A stretch of 62,649 nt of DNA, counting the filler, from Anaerolineae bacterium (GTDB taxonomy: Bacteria > Chloroflexota > Anaerolineae > Epilineales > Epilineaceae): assembly GCA_029262755.1 (NCBI GenBank). It is 3 parts of 3 records of this genome, joined end to end, with 100 filler letters (N's around TTAATTAATTAA, not from the genome) between each part and the next. Parts side by side here need not be neighbours in the genome. Positions count along the whole stretch, not along the records: positions 28,032 to 55,371 come from JAJCYU010000032.1; 2 more parts are not named here. One strand, 5' to 3'. A program made the position numbers and the translations under genes. The notes under the pieces were generated by a model that did not search any database, had not been told where the DNA came from, and saw nothing but the letters and a program-made list of their open reading frames with translations. Within the stretch, counting starts at the first letter, position 1, and each line of letters opens with the position of its first letter. Shown here in pieces: positions 41,349-52,837 of the stretch.

Positions 41349-43004
41349 CTAGCGAACGACCGGTCCGAAGACCACGCTGAATCGGGCCTCACCCGAGCCG
41401 GGCTCGCTGCCGAGGATCAGGTCGTCCAGGCCGTCGCCGTTGAAGTCACCTATGGCCCACAGCGACTGCGACTCGTCCTGCCAGACCAAGTCCGGCGCTT
41501 CGCGTGCGACGTCGACGATCGAGGCGTCTAGGCGACCACCGCGGAAGATGTGCATCGGCTGGATAGCCGGCTCCGCGGGCTCACGCGGGGCAGGTACGTC
41601 GGGCCTGCCGATACCGGGACCCTCTTCGCGGGCCTCGTCGACCAGCGAGACGGGCGGGCGCAGCGTGACGAGCAGGTCCTTCGTTCCGTCGCCGTCCAGG
41701 TCGGTCGGGCGCCACGTGCCGTTGGCATGCGTCAAGCCGTAGCCGGCGCGCACGTAGGCGCGGCTGGTGTGCATGCGCAGCAGGCGATCGGTCAGGTCGG
41801 GACCGCCGAGCCAGATGTGGGTCTTGTCGGTGAAGTCCATGCCGATATCCGCGATCTCGTCGCCATCCACGTCCGCGATGAACAAGGAAGGACGCGCCGT
41901 GAAGGGACTCTCACCGGGAACCGGCGCCGGATTCGGCGGCAGGTAGCCGGTGCTCGGCGGTGCGGGCCGCTTGGGCGGCTCGCCGGGCGTGATCGGCGGG
42001 CGGTTCGGGATCGCGCCCTCGATGGGCAACATGGCGGGCCAGTTTCCGCCGGCTACGAGTGCAGGCGTGTCGGGCACACCGTCGCCCGGGCAGCGGCGCA
42101 CGACCAGGTCGGGCAACGCGTCGCCCGTGGCGTCCGCGATACCGATCAGGCTGTTGGCGCAGGCGCCCATGCCATGGATGCGCACGTCCTCACGGAAGGC
42201 GCCGCGATCGACCCAACCGCCTTGGCTGCCGGAATCCGGATCGGCGTCTTCCCAGAAGAGCCACTCCGAGTCACCGTACATGACCACGATCTCGCTGCCG
42301 CCGCCGCGCTCGGTCGTGGAAACGCCACGCGAGTTGGCCGACACCACGATCTCCGGCGGATCGACCGCCATGACGAGATCGACGTGACCGTCCGCGTTCA
42401 GATCGGCCCAGCGGTGGCTGACCTCCGAGGTGACCAGCGTTTGCTCATCTGGAGCAAGCTCGACCTGGCGCACCAGCTTGCGATCACCACGGCTGGCCTC
42501 ACCCATGAAGTAGAAGGTGCGCCATTCCTGTCGTCCGAAGAAGACGGACACACGTTGGTGCTCGAGGGGATCGAGGCCGCGTCGGCTGACCGCGGCCAGG
42601 CTGATGTCGTCCATGCCGTCACCGTTCACATCGGCGATGGCCACGGACGGCAACGTATCACCTTGGTGGATGTTGAAGATCGTCGCGGGATAGACCGGGC
42701 TTCCCGACTCGATGTCGAAGGGACCGAGCATGAGCTCGAGCCAACGGGCCGATGCGCTACGCACCGGCGTCTCGACGGCCAGGAAGAGCGCGTCTTCGAA
42801 GCCGTCCCCGTTGAAGTCGCCTACGCCGACGATGCCGTAGTCACCCATCGCGGAATCGAATTGGAAGTCCAGATCGGGCGCGCGATCGACGCGCTGCGTC
42901 TCGGCGGACGCGCCCGGAACTGCGGTGAAAACGAGCAGCACCGCGGCTAGGAGCGGAAGCGCAGCTCGATGACCGCGCCCTTTCGATGATGTCATCCACG
43001 TCAT
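41349..43004 (-). CDS. Secreted FG-GAP repeat protein (copy 1)
   Basis: AGGAGG RBS; signal peptide; GDFNGDGFED and DVNGDGMDD repeats. Confidence 0.87.
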   Translation of the reverse strand: MTWMTSSKGRGHRAALPLLAAVLLVFTAVPGASAETQRVDRAPDLDFQFDSAMGDYGIVGVGDFNGDGFEDALFLAVETPVRSASARWLELMLGPFDIESGSPVYPATIFNIHQGDTLPSVAIADVNGDGMDDISLAAVSRRGLDPLEHQRVSVFFGRQEWRTFYFMGEASRGDRKLVRQVELAPDEQTLVTSEVSHRWADLNADGHVDLVMAVDPPEIVVSANSRGVSTTERGGGSEIVVMYGDSEWLFWEDADPDSGSQGGWVDRGAFREDVRIHGMGACANSLIGIADATGDALPDLVVRRCPGDGVPDTPALVAGGNWPAMLPIEGAIPNRPPITPGEPPKRPAPPSTGYLPPNPAPVPGESPFTARPSLFIADVDGDEIADIGMDFTDKTHIWLGGPDLTDRLLRMHTSRAYVRAGYGLTHANGTWRPTDLDGDGTKDLLVTLRPPVSLVDEAREEGPGIGRPDVPAPREPAEPAIQPMHIFRGGRLDASIVDVAREAPDLVWQDESQSLWAIGDFNGDGLDDLILGSEPGSGEARFSVVFGPVVR

Positions 43005-43122
43005 GGCAATAAACCTCCTGTCGCGCACGGATTGATCTCAGTATACCCACATTCTACGGGCGTCTACGTGCGAGGTAGCCCACACGTGACCGCCGGCTGC
43101 CCGTCGGCACGGTTTCCAGCCC

Positions 43123-45966
43123 TCAGTTGCGGCCGGGGAGTAGTCCCTGCGCGAAGCTGATCGGCATGTAGAGCGTGGGGCAGTCGTCGCACACAAACGG
43201 CGTCGGCGTGATGGTCGGTGTCGGTGTGTCGGTCGGCACGCCTGTCTGCGTGGGCGTCGGCGTGATGCTCGGTATCGGGGTCGGCTGCCGCCACGGCTGC
43301 GGCGGCGCCTCGCCCTCCGGACGGCTCGACGGATCGGCGGGGTCCGTACCCGCGTCGTGCTCATCGCCGGTGAGCCAGCCGTCGCGATCGCGGTCCAAGG
43401 CCACACGCGGGCCGTCGTCCGGCGGGACGCAGGTGAAGGTCACCTCACCGCCGGGCGTGGCCGCCATGGCCTCCAAGGTGACACGGTTGGTCGGCGGCGC
43501 GCCGGCCCGATCGGGCCGGAACGAGCCCTCCCAGCGCAGCCAGCCGCGCTCGACACCGTCCACCCGCGCAACGGCGATCATCGCGCAATCCTCTGCATCC
43601 GCGCGCGCCTCCATCAGCGCTAGCATGGCCTTGTCTTCCGCGTTACCGCCTGCGGCACCGATCGTGACCTGCCGCCCGACGATCGGCGCCATGCCGGTGT
43701 CGAAGGCAAGCACGAAGTCTTCGATGGCGCGCTTCTCTTGATCCTTCTCGGCCTGGGTTTCTCCCGGGTAAGCAAAGGGGCCGCTACCGAGGAAGCTGAA
43801 CACGGTCGGGAACGAGCCCGCGTGCAGGAAGCCAAAGCCGCTGACCTGCTCCTGGCTGTCGTCGAAGCGCCCCACCTTCTGGTACATGTTGCGTAGGTGC
43901 GGGGACTTGAAGTCCTGGCCGGTTCGCACGCCTTCGAAGTTGATCTGGCGGTTCGTGCCCGTCGGGAAGGGATGGCAGCCCTCACAGTTGGCCACACCCG
44001 AGTCCAGCAGGAACTCGCCACCGTAGAGATCGAAGCCCTTCTGCTGGAAGGGGGTCAACGAGCGGTCGAGTTCCTGAATCGGGTTCGGTGGGTACTGCAC
44101 CGTCAAGGCGAAGCGACCGAAGCGATCCATGTCCTCGAGTGGGATCTCCGCATCGAGTCCGTTCAAGCCGACGTAGGCCGGGTTGAATTGACGGAAGCCG
44201 AGCAGCTCGTCGGCCGGGTCCGCGTCCGGGCCGTGCCGGTCACCGCGCCAGTGCATCGGCCCGGCGCCGTCCATGCCGCGCAGGCTCTGGGTCATCATGG
44301 GGCCCTTCATCGGGTGGAATTTGAAGTCACGCGGCTTGAGCACGAAGTTATCGTGCGAAAGGCCGAAGGGCATGTCGGCCAGCTCGCCTTCGGGGCCGGA
44401 CAAATCCCACGCGAGGCCGTCGAAGTTCGCGAAGACGTGGCAGCTTGAGCAAGCCATGTCGCCGTGGCCCGACGTCAGGGCGGCGTCGTAGAAGAAGGGC
44501 CGCCCGTCCTGGATTACCTTCGGGGTCGGGTCGTGCCGCAGGGGCACGGTCGCGGCGACAGAGTGATCGGCCAGGCTGACCACCGAGATCGACGCATCGA
44601 GCCGGTTCAGCACGAACAGGCGGCCGCCGGCTTCGTCGAGCGCCAGGCCACCGGGTCCGAATCCGACGTCGATTCGGTCCACCACGTTGCCTTGGCCGTC
44701 GAGCACACCGACCTTGGCCGATTGGAAGGCTGCCACATAGGCACGTTGGCCGTCGGCCTGAAACACGAGGTCGAGTGGTTGGGCGAGGCTCTGCGACCGC
44801 ACATTCATCGGCTGCGGCGACTCACCGCGCAACGCGTCCAGCTGCGGGTTCAGCGCGCCCGCGCTCACCACCCGTTGCCCGGCCGGATCGACCCGCGTCA
44901 CCCGACTCGTGTGGGTATTGCTTCGCACGCGCGGCTCGTAGCGGACGTGGTTGCGCGCCTCGGTATTGCTGACCCACACCTGACCCGTGCCGGGTTGGAC
45001 GGCCATGTTGAATAGGATCGTCCCCACCCGCTTGACGACACCGATCTCGCGCGGCTGCGCGGCGGCCGCGTCGATGATGAACACATCCTTGTCCGGCACG
45101 CGCGGCAGGGGGGTATAGAGGGTCTTCCAATCGCGGGAGCCGGTTTCGTCCACGTAGCGGCCGTCGCCGTGGTCGCGCACGATCAGCGCGTTGGCCGGCG
45201 CCGTCGCGCTTGCGCGTTGCGGGTAGCCGGGCGGAGGCACGGCCGTACCCATGGCCGTCACGAACTCCTCGGGAACGGTGGTCGAACCGTTGCCGGAGTG
45301 GAAAACGGCGGCATAAACCTGGCGTCCATCCGGGCTGGCCGCGAGGGCGCGTGGCTTCATGCCGAACATTCGCACCTCGCTCGGCGCGGCGGAAGGATTG
45401 TTGGCATCAAAGACCCATACGCTCGCCCGGCTGACGCCCGGGGTGGTCTCCTGACCACGGTAGGCCGCGCTGACGAACACGCGGTCGCGGTTGGGTCCGG
45501 CCACCACGATGTCACGCGGTTCGTCGCCGACATAGCGCGTCACGACCACGCGCGCGTTGGCGGGGTCCGAGGCATCTACGATGCTGATGGAGTCCGAAAG
45601 GTGATTGACCACCCATACTTCGCCGCCCGGCCGTACGGCGAGCGCCACGGGCCGCATGCCGACGAACACATCGCCGAGTGACGTGAGGCCCTGCGCACCC
45701 ACCGCAAAGATCTCAAGCCGATCGTCGGGCGTGTTGAGCGCGTAGAGACGGTCGCCCTCCGGCGACATGGCCAGCGGGCGCACCGGCTCCGTCTCGAAGT
45801 TGGTGAACTCCTCGACGGCAGGGGCCTGCGCCGTGGCAGGCGCTCTGCGGGCCGGCTCGGCCAACAACGCGCCGACGGCTATCGCGAGCGCGACAGCGGC
45901 CGCGCAAAGCGTCGGCAGGGGCCGGGTACGAACGTGATCGATGAGACGCTGCAAGCGCTGCCGCAC
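43123..45966 (-). CDS. Secreted YncE/YVTN beta-propeller fused to di-haem cytochrome c domain
   Basis: AAGGAG RBS before GTG; YVTN-like repeats; two CXXCH motifs (CSSCH, CEGCH); DRDRDG Ca-binding loop; PT linker and LYMPISF tail. Confidence 0.85.
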   Translation of the reverse strand: MRQRLQRLIDHVRTRPLPTLCAAAVALAIAVGALLAEPARRAPATAQAPAVEEFTNFETEPVRPLAMSPEGDRLYALNTPDDRLEIFAVGAQGLTSLGDVFVGMRPVALAVRPGGEVWVVNHLSDSISIVDASDPANARVVVTRYVGDEPRDIVVAGPNRDRVFVSAAYRGQETTPGVSRASVWVFDANNPSAAPSEVRMFGMKPRALAASPDGRQVYAAVFHSGNGSTTVPEEFVTAMGTAVPPPGYPQRASATAPANALIVRDHGDGRYVDETGSRDWKTLYTPLPRVPDKDVFIIDAAAAQPREIGVVKRVGTILFNMAVQPGTGQVWVSNTEARNHVRYEPRVRSNTHTSRVTRVDPAGQRVVSAGALNPQLDALRGESPQPMNVRSQSLAQPLDLVFQADGQRAYVAAFQSAKVGVLDGQGNVVDRIDVGFGPGGLALDEAGGRLFVLNRLDASISVVSLADHSVAATVPLRHDPTPKVIQDGRPFFYDAALTSGHGDMACSSCHVFANFDGLAWDLSGPEGELADMPFGLSHDNFVLKPRDFKFHPMKGPMMTQSLRGMDGAGPMHWRGDRHGPDADPADELLGFRQFNPAYVGLNGLDAEIPLEDMDRFGRFALTVQYPPNPIQELDRSLTPFQQKGFDLYGGEFLLDSGVANCEGCHPFPTGTNRQINFEGVRTGQDFKSPHLRNMYQKVGRFDDSQEQVSGFGFLHAGSFPTVFSFLGSGPFAYPGETQAEKDQEKRAIEDFVLAFDTGMAPIVGRQVTIGAAGGNAEDKAMLALMEARADAEDCAMIAVARVDGVERGWLRWEGSFRPDRAGAPPTNRVTLEAMAATPGGEVTFTCVPPDDGPRVALDRDRDGWLTGDEHDAGTDPADPSSRPEGEAPPQPWRQPTPIPSITPTPTQTGVPTDTPTPTITPTPFVCDDCPTLYMPISFAQGLLPGRN

Positions 45967-46420
45967 GGGACGCTCCTTCGGACAGGACCGGATAGGCGGA
46001 TCGGCCGCATTGTGCTGCATCGGGTTGCGGGCGCGCCATCCGGGAGGTCGGGCGGTGATTCAATGCTCCGTGCGCTACGACGTGAGGACGTGCATGGAGG
46101 GGACGGGTGGATGCGGGGACGGGTGCACGCGCGGATCGTGCGCTGGAGCGGGTCGCGCCGGAGGCACGCGAGCCGAGCGCGCGTCGCGTCGCGCAATCGT
46201 GTGCGGGAGAGGAGGGAGGGAAACAGGAAGCAGGCGTACGATCGGCGCGCGGTTGCGCGATCGCCGCGCCGCATCCAGGACACGGAGCCCCCGGCGACCG
46301 GTTGCGGCCGGCGCCGGGTTGCTCCGCTCCGGAAGTTGTAGGGCACGCGGGTCTAGCTGTCGGACCGCGATGCTTGAGGCGCGCTCCACGCCCGCGTGCC
46401 GTATGGTTCTACGCTCCAGC

Positions 46421-47692
46421 TTATCCCGGCGTGACAGCCCCTTGATCGCCGCGTCGCACGAGCACTAGCAGCAGCACGCTGGCCAGGACGATGATGCCCA
46501 CGCCCAAATGCGTCACGCGCTGCAAGGGCCAGGTGGCGATCAGCGCATAGGCCAAGAAGGGTGCGGCCAGACCGCGGGTGCCGGTGAGGAAGGTGTGAAC
46601 GGCCATATAGTCCGCCGTCCGGTGCGGCGGCGCGTACTTGGTCACCCACAGGTTCCAAGCGACGAGCCCGCCGCCGCTCGCCACTCCGAACAGCACGGCG
46701 CCAACGATCTGTAGCGGCAGGGAGGGCGTGAAGAAACTCAAGATGCTGACCACGAACAATCCGTTCAGGATCAACCGCAGGTGCAGAAAGTCCATCCGGT
46801 CGAAGAGCGGACCCCACCAAAGTGCGGAGACGAGCGCCGCCCCCTGCGGAATGACCACGGTCAGGTAGAGCACGAGGGCCGGCGCATAGGCCGGGCCGAA
46901 ATCGCCGGAGGCCACCATTTCGGTGCGCAGCGGCACGGTGATCAGGTTGCCGATGCCCAGCAGCATCCACGCCAAGCTGATCGTGCCGAAGCGCGGGTGC
47001 TGCCAGAGCAGCGCGAGTCGGGCCAGTGGGTTGCGCCCGCCCCGCGCCGGTGGGTTGCCCGGAATCCGCAGTGCCGCCAGCGCGGCCAGCCCGACGCCGG
47101 CGGCCAGCAGCACCATGACGGGCCGGTAGCGCCCCACGTCCGTGCCCAACCACCGCGCGATGGCAACGCCGCTCAGCACGCCGGCCGCGGTAGCCGCGCT
47201 CGCAATCAGACCGAACATCCGCCCCCGAGAGCGCGCCGGCACGTTCTGCTCCCAGATCGCGGTTACCAGCGGCACCGTTGCCTGCATGAGCGGGATCCCG
47301 ACCAGCACGCCGCCCACGAAGATCCCGAGTGTGGGGCTAAGGCCGGAGACGGCTAGCGCCACCGCGGCGCCGCCGAGCATGATCGCCAGCGCGTGGTTCA
47401 GCCGCGTCCCGCGCCGCGCGATGATCGTCACGGCCGCGGGCGCGAGCAGCAATCCGAGGAAGCTCGCCCCCGCCAGCGCCGCCTTGACCTGCGGCCCGGC
47501 CCCAAAGTGCTGGATGGCTACAAGCAGCACGAGCCCACTGCCCTGCCCCGCGGTCAGCGCCGGCCGGGTGAGGATCGAGCGCAGCGCTTCCCACCGCAGC
47601 GTCTTGCGGGTTTGCTCGCGCAGCGGACCGTCGGGCGACGCATCGCCGCGGCCGAGCGTATCGGGCTCGCCGGCGCGAACGCTCTTCGGCAC
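46421..47692 (-). CDS. MFS-type transporter (start uncertain)
   Basis: Many hydrophobic helices; VPARSRGRMFG and WGPLFDR MFS-like loops. Confidence 0.8.
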   Translation of the reverse strand: MPKSVRAGEPDTLGRGDASPDGPLREQTRKTLRWEALRSILTRPALTAGQGSGLVLLVAIQHFGAGPQVKAALAGASFLGLLLAPAAVTIIARRGTRLNHALAIMLGGAAVALAVSGLSPTLGIFVGGVLVGIPLMQATVPLVTAIWEQNVPARSRGRMFGLIASAATAAGVLSGVAIARWLGTDVGRYRPVMVLLAAGVGLAALAALRIPGNPPARGGRNPLARLALLWQHPRFGTISLAWMLLGIGNLITVPLRTEMVASGDFGPAYAPALVLYLTVVIPQGAALVSALWWGPLFDRMDFLHLRLILNGLFVVSILSFFTPSLPLQIVGAVLFGVASGGGLVAWNLWVTKYAPPHRTADYMAVHTFLTGTRGLAAPFLAYALIATWPLQRVTHLGVGIIVLASVLLLVLVRRGDQGAVTPG

Positions 47693-48182
47693 GAACGCCG
47701 GCCCCGGCCCGATCGGCGCGTCGCCGACGGCAGGACGGGCCGGTGCATGCGAACGGTCGGGAACGCCGGCAGGCGTTTGCGGCGCGGCGGCGGCGTTGGA
47801 CGTGGTCGTACGGGGCTTGCGGGTGGCGGAGCGTCGGACGGCGCACCTCGGTTGGGGTCTCTCGGTCGGAGCGTTGGCGCCGATGACGATAGCAGGAGAG
47901 AGCGTTGCCGCAGGTGTACAAAGTCCGGCTCGGCTCGTGCACAATCGAGTCCTGGAATCGATCGATGGAGTGGACCGCTGCGACGCCTCGCGCTTGCGTC
48001 GGCTGTCGCGCGGACCTGACATCGACACGACGATGCGCGGACATCGAGTGGGCGACGTGCGGGCACCATGCGGACGAAGCGCAGACGAGCATCGGCCCAT
48101 GCGGACCGGCCCCTTGTTAGTACCGGGCGCTTTCGCTTAGTATGGGCGCAGATATCATCCGTTTCTCCCGTCCCGTGCGCTC

Positions 48183-50558
<2,376 letters not shown>

Positions 50559-50612
50559 GGGTAGAGACGAAGTGGAGTCGGCGTTGCGACCCGGCGTAGC
50601 GACCCGGCTCGC

Positions 50613-50698
50613 CGACCGGCCGGTGGGCGGCAGGCCGGGGGCGACCGGCCGGTGGGCGGCAGGCCGGGGGCGGCAGGCGGGGGGCGGCAGGCGGGGGG
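50613..50698 (+). repeat. G-rich intergenic repeat (two 29-bp then two 14-bp units)
   Basis: cgaccggccggtgggcg(c/g)caggccggggg twice, then cggcaggcgggggg twice. Confidence 0.7.
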
Positions 50699-50749
50699 CG
50701 ACAGGCCGGAAGTCCGCGCCCCCCGATCCGCCCTCGCCCTATACCGCCG

Positions 50750-51646
50750 TCACGGGCGGGCCGCGACGGTCGCCGGGCGCTCGACGCGTTCGCCGGCGCG
50801 CAGGATCGACAGCGGCACCGTGCGGCCGACGAGCTCGCCGCCCAACGCGTCGAGCAGGTCGTCGACCTGGCCGATCGGTGCGCCGTCCACGGCGAGGAGT
50901 GTGTCGCCGAGGCTGAGCCCCGCCGCCGCGGCCGGACCGCCCGGCTCCACGGAGACCACGAGCAGGCCGGTCTTGCGACCGATCGCGGTTGCCGTTTCCT
51001 CGGGCAGGCGCACGACCTGGACGCCGACGCCCAAGTAGCCGCGCCGTATGTGCCCGTGTGTCTGGAGTTCCTCGACCACGCGTGCGATGGTCTGGGCCGG
51101 CAGCGCCAGGCTCGTGCCGCGGGCCAGCGCGGAGGTGGTGAGGCCCATCACGCGTCCGGCGGCGTCGATGAGCGGGCCTCCGGAGAAGCCCGGATACATC
51201 ACCACGTCGGTGGCCAGGTAGCGCTGGACCGCGCCGCCCGCCGCCGTACGCCACGGGCCGCCGACGGCGCGGACGATGCCCATCGAGGCCTGCACGGTGC
51301 GGCCCGGTCGCCCGAGTGCCAGCGCGAGGTGGCCCACGGCAAGCGAGTCGCCTTCGGCCCACACCGCCGGCGCGAGCGTGCCATCGACGCGAAGCAGCGC
51401 GATGTCCGTTGTAGGGTCACGGCCGACGAGGCTCGCCGACACCCGTTCGCCGTCCGGCAAGCCGACGAACAACTCGTCGTCCCGCTCGACGACGTGGTGG
51501 GCGGTGACGACGAGCCCATCGGCAGACCAGGCGATGCCGCTGGCCGGGATGCGCCGCCGCGCCTCGATGCGCAATACGGCGGGATCGGCCGATCGAACCG
51601 CGCCGGCCAGCGCGTCGGATATCTGGGGAAGGGTAGGAGAAGTCAC
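50750..51646 (-). CDS. S1C (DegP/HtrA-like) serine protease with PDZ domain
   Basis: AGGAG RBS plus GTG 51646; VVTAHH, DIALL and PGFSGGPL triad; RGYLGV PDZ. No signal peptide seen. Confidence 0.9.
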   Translation of the reverse strand: MTSPTLPQISDALAGAVRSADPAVLRIEARRRIPASGIAWSADGLVVTAHHVVERDDELFVGLPDGERVSASLVGRDPTTDIALLRVDGTLAPAVWAEGDSLAVGHLALALGRPGRTVQASMGIVRAVGGPWRTAAGGAVQRYLATDVVMYPGFSGGPLIDAAGRVMGLTTSALARGTSLALPAQTIARVVEELQTHGHIRRGYLGVGVQVVRLPEETATAIGRKTGLLVVSVEPGGPAAAAGLSLGDTLLAVDGAPIGQVDDLLDALGGELVGRTVPLSILRAGERVERPATVAARP

Positions 51647-51830
51647 GGTGCGCTCCTGGGTAGCGGAGGGGGGAGGGGGCGAGGGAGGCGGCGTGGCAAC
51701 GCTTCGAACGCGCGCCTTGTCCTGAGGGTAGGACGCCGCCTTGCACCCCGCCTCCCCCACATGGGTGGGTGGCGCATCGGACCTTTGGTGGGGTCGCGGG
51801 CGCGGCGATGCGGGGCGGTGGCGCGGGCCC

Positions 51831-52080
51831 TCGCGACTTGCAACGGTGGAGCGCATATCGCCGCGGGCCATCGCGACTCGCCACGGTGGAGCACATACCG
51901 TCGCACGCCATCGCGACTCGCAACAGCGGACCGCTTCCGATCGCCGGCCGTCGCGACTCGCAACGGTGGAGCGCGTTCCATCGCCGGCATTCGCGACTCG
52001 CCACGGGGGAGCGCGTTCCATCGCCGGCATTCGCGACTCGCCACGGTGGAGCGCGTAACGTCGCACGCCATCGCGACTCG
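51831..52080. repeat. Intergenic tandem array with exact 40-bp period (six full units plus one partial)
   Basis: TCGCGACT(C/T)G at 51831, 51871, 51911, 51951, 51991, 52031 and 52071. Confidence 0.92.
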
Positions 52081-52146
52081 GTCCGGTCTTGCGCACGCCG
52101 TCGCATCCCGCCACCGGCCGTCGCGACACGCCCCCCCACCCTCGGG

Positions 52147-52812
52147 CTACAGCGCCACCAGTCCCAGGCGCGCCGCGCGAATCGCGGCCTCCGTGCGGCT
52201 GGCGGCGCCGAGCTTGGTGAGGATCGCGTCGACGTGGTCCTTGACCGTATGCGGGCTGATCGTCAGGGCGGCGGCGATCTGTCGGTTGCTCCGGCCTTCG
52301 GCCAGCAGCGCAAGGACCTCGTGCTCGCGCGGGGTGAGGGGCTCGACGGGGCCTTCGGACTGCGCCGCGACGCCGTACACGGCCAACTCCGGGTGGAGGA
52401 CGCGCAGACCGTGGCGTAGCGCCACGACGGCCGCGGCGAGGGGACCGCCGTCCACGTCACGCGGCAGGGCGCCGTGCGCACCGGCGCCCAGAGCCGTGCG
52501 CGCGGCGTCTTCGCCGTCGACTAGCACGAGGACGGGCAGCGGCTCGGCGTGCTCGACCGATTCGGCTACCAACTCGCGCGTGGCGGCTGGATCCGGCGCG
52601 GGGCCGGCGTCGAGCACGATGACCTCCGGTGCGTGGGCGGCGATCGCCGGCTCTAGATCGGCCGGCTCCGTCGCGCGTCCGACCACGCTCACTTCGGGGG
52701 GTTCGGGAGACTCGGGCCAACCGGGCGACGCGTCCGTGAGCAGGGCGGCCAGACCGGCCCGCGCGAGGCGGTCGGCGGCAACGACGAGGACGCGCGTGCG
52801 GTGGGAGCTCAC
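52147..52812 (-). CDS. NarL/LuxR-family response regulator (atypical receiver)
   Basis: LTPREHEVLALLAEGRSNRQIA...HTVKDHV HTH; degenerate REC domain; GTG preceded by TACCAT plus 6 nt. Confidence 0.9.
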   Translation of the reverse strand: MSSHRTRVLVVAADRLARAGLAALLTDASPGWPESPEPPEVSVVGRATEPADLEPAIAAHAPEVIVLDAGPAPDPAATRELVAESVEHAEPLPVLVLVDGEDAARTALGAGAHGALPRDVDGGPLAAAVVALRHGLRVLHPELAVYGVAAQSEGPVEPLTPREHEVLALLAEGRSNRQIAAALTISPHTVKDHVDAILTKLGAASRTEAAIRAARLGLVAL

Positions 52813-52837
52813 GCGTTCATGGTAGGACGGCCGGAGG

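Noticed and set aside
51831..52080. CRISPR array
   Set aside because: Variable parts are only about 16 nt and resemble or duplicate each other; no cas genes in the window.
51647..52129. N-terminal repeat extension of the S1C protease shown in the ORF track
   Set aside because: It reads through the 40-bp non-triplet repeat; a good RBS and GTG exist at 51646.
51050..52825. Long antisense ORFs (also 35545-37164, 41550-42950, 53006-54547 and others)
   Set aside because: Shadow frames of real genes in high-GC DNA, with no recognisable motifs.
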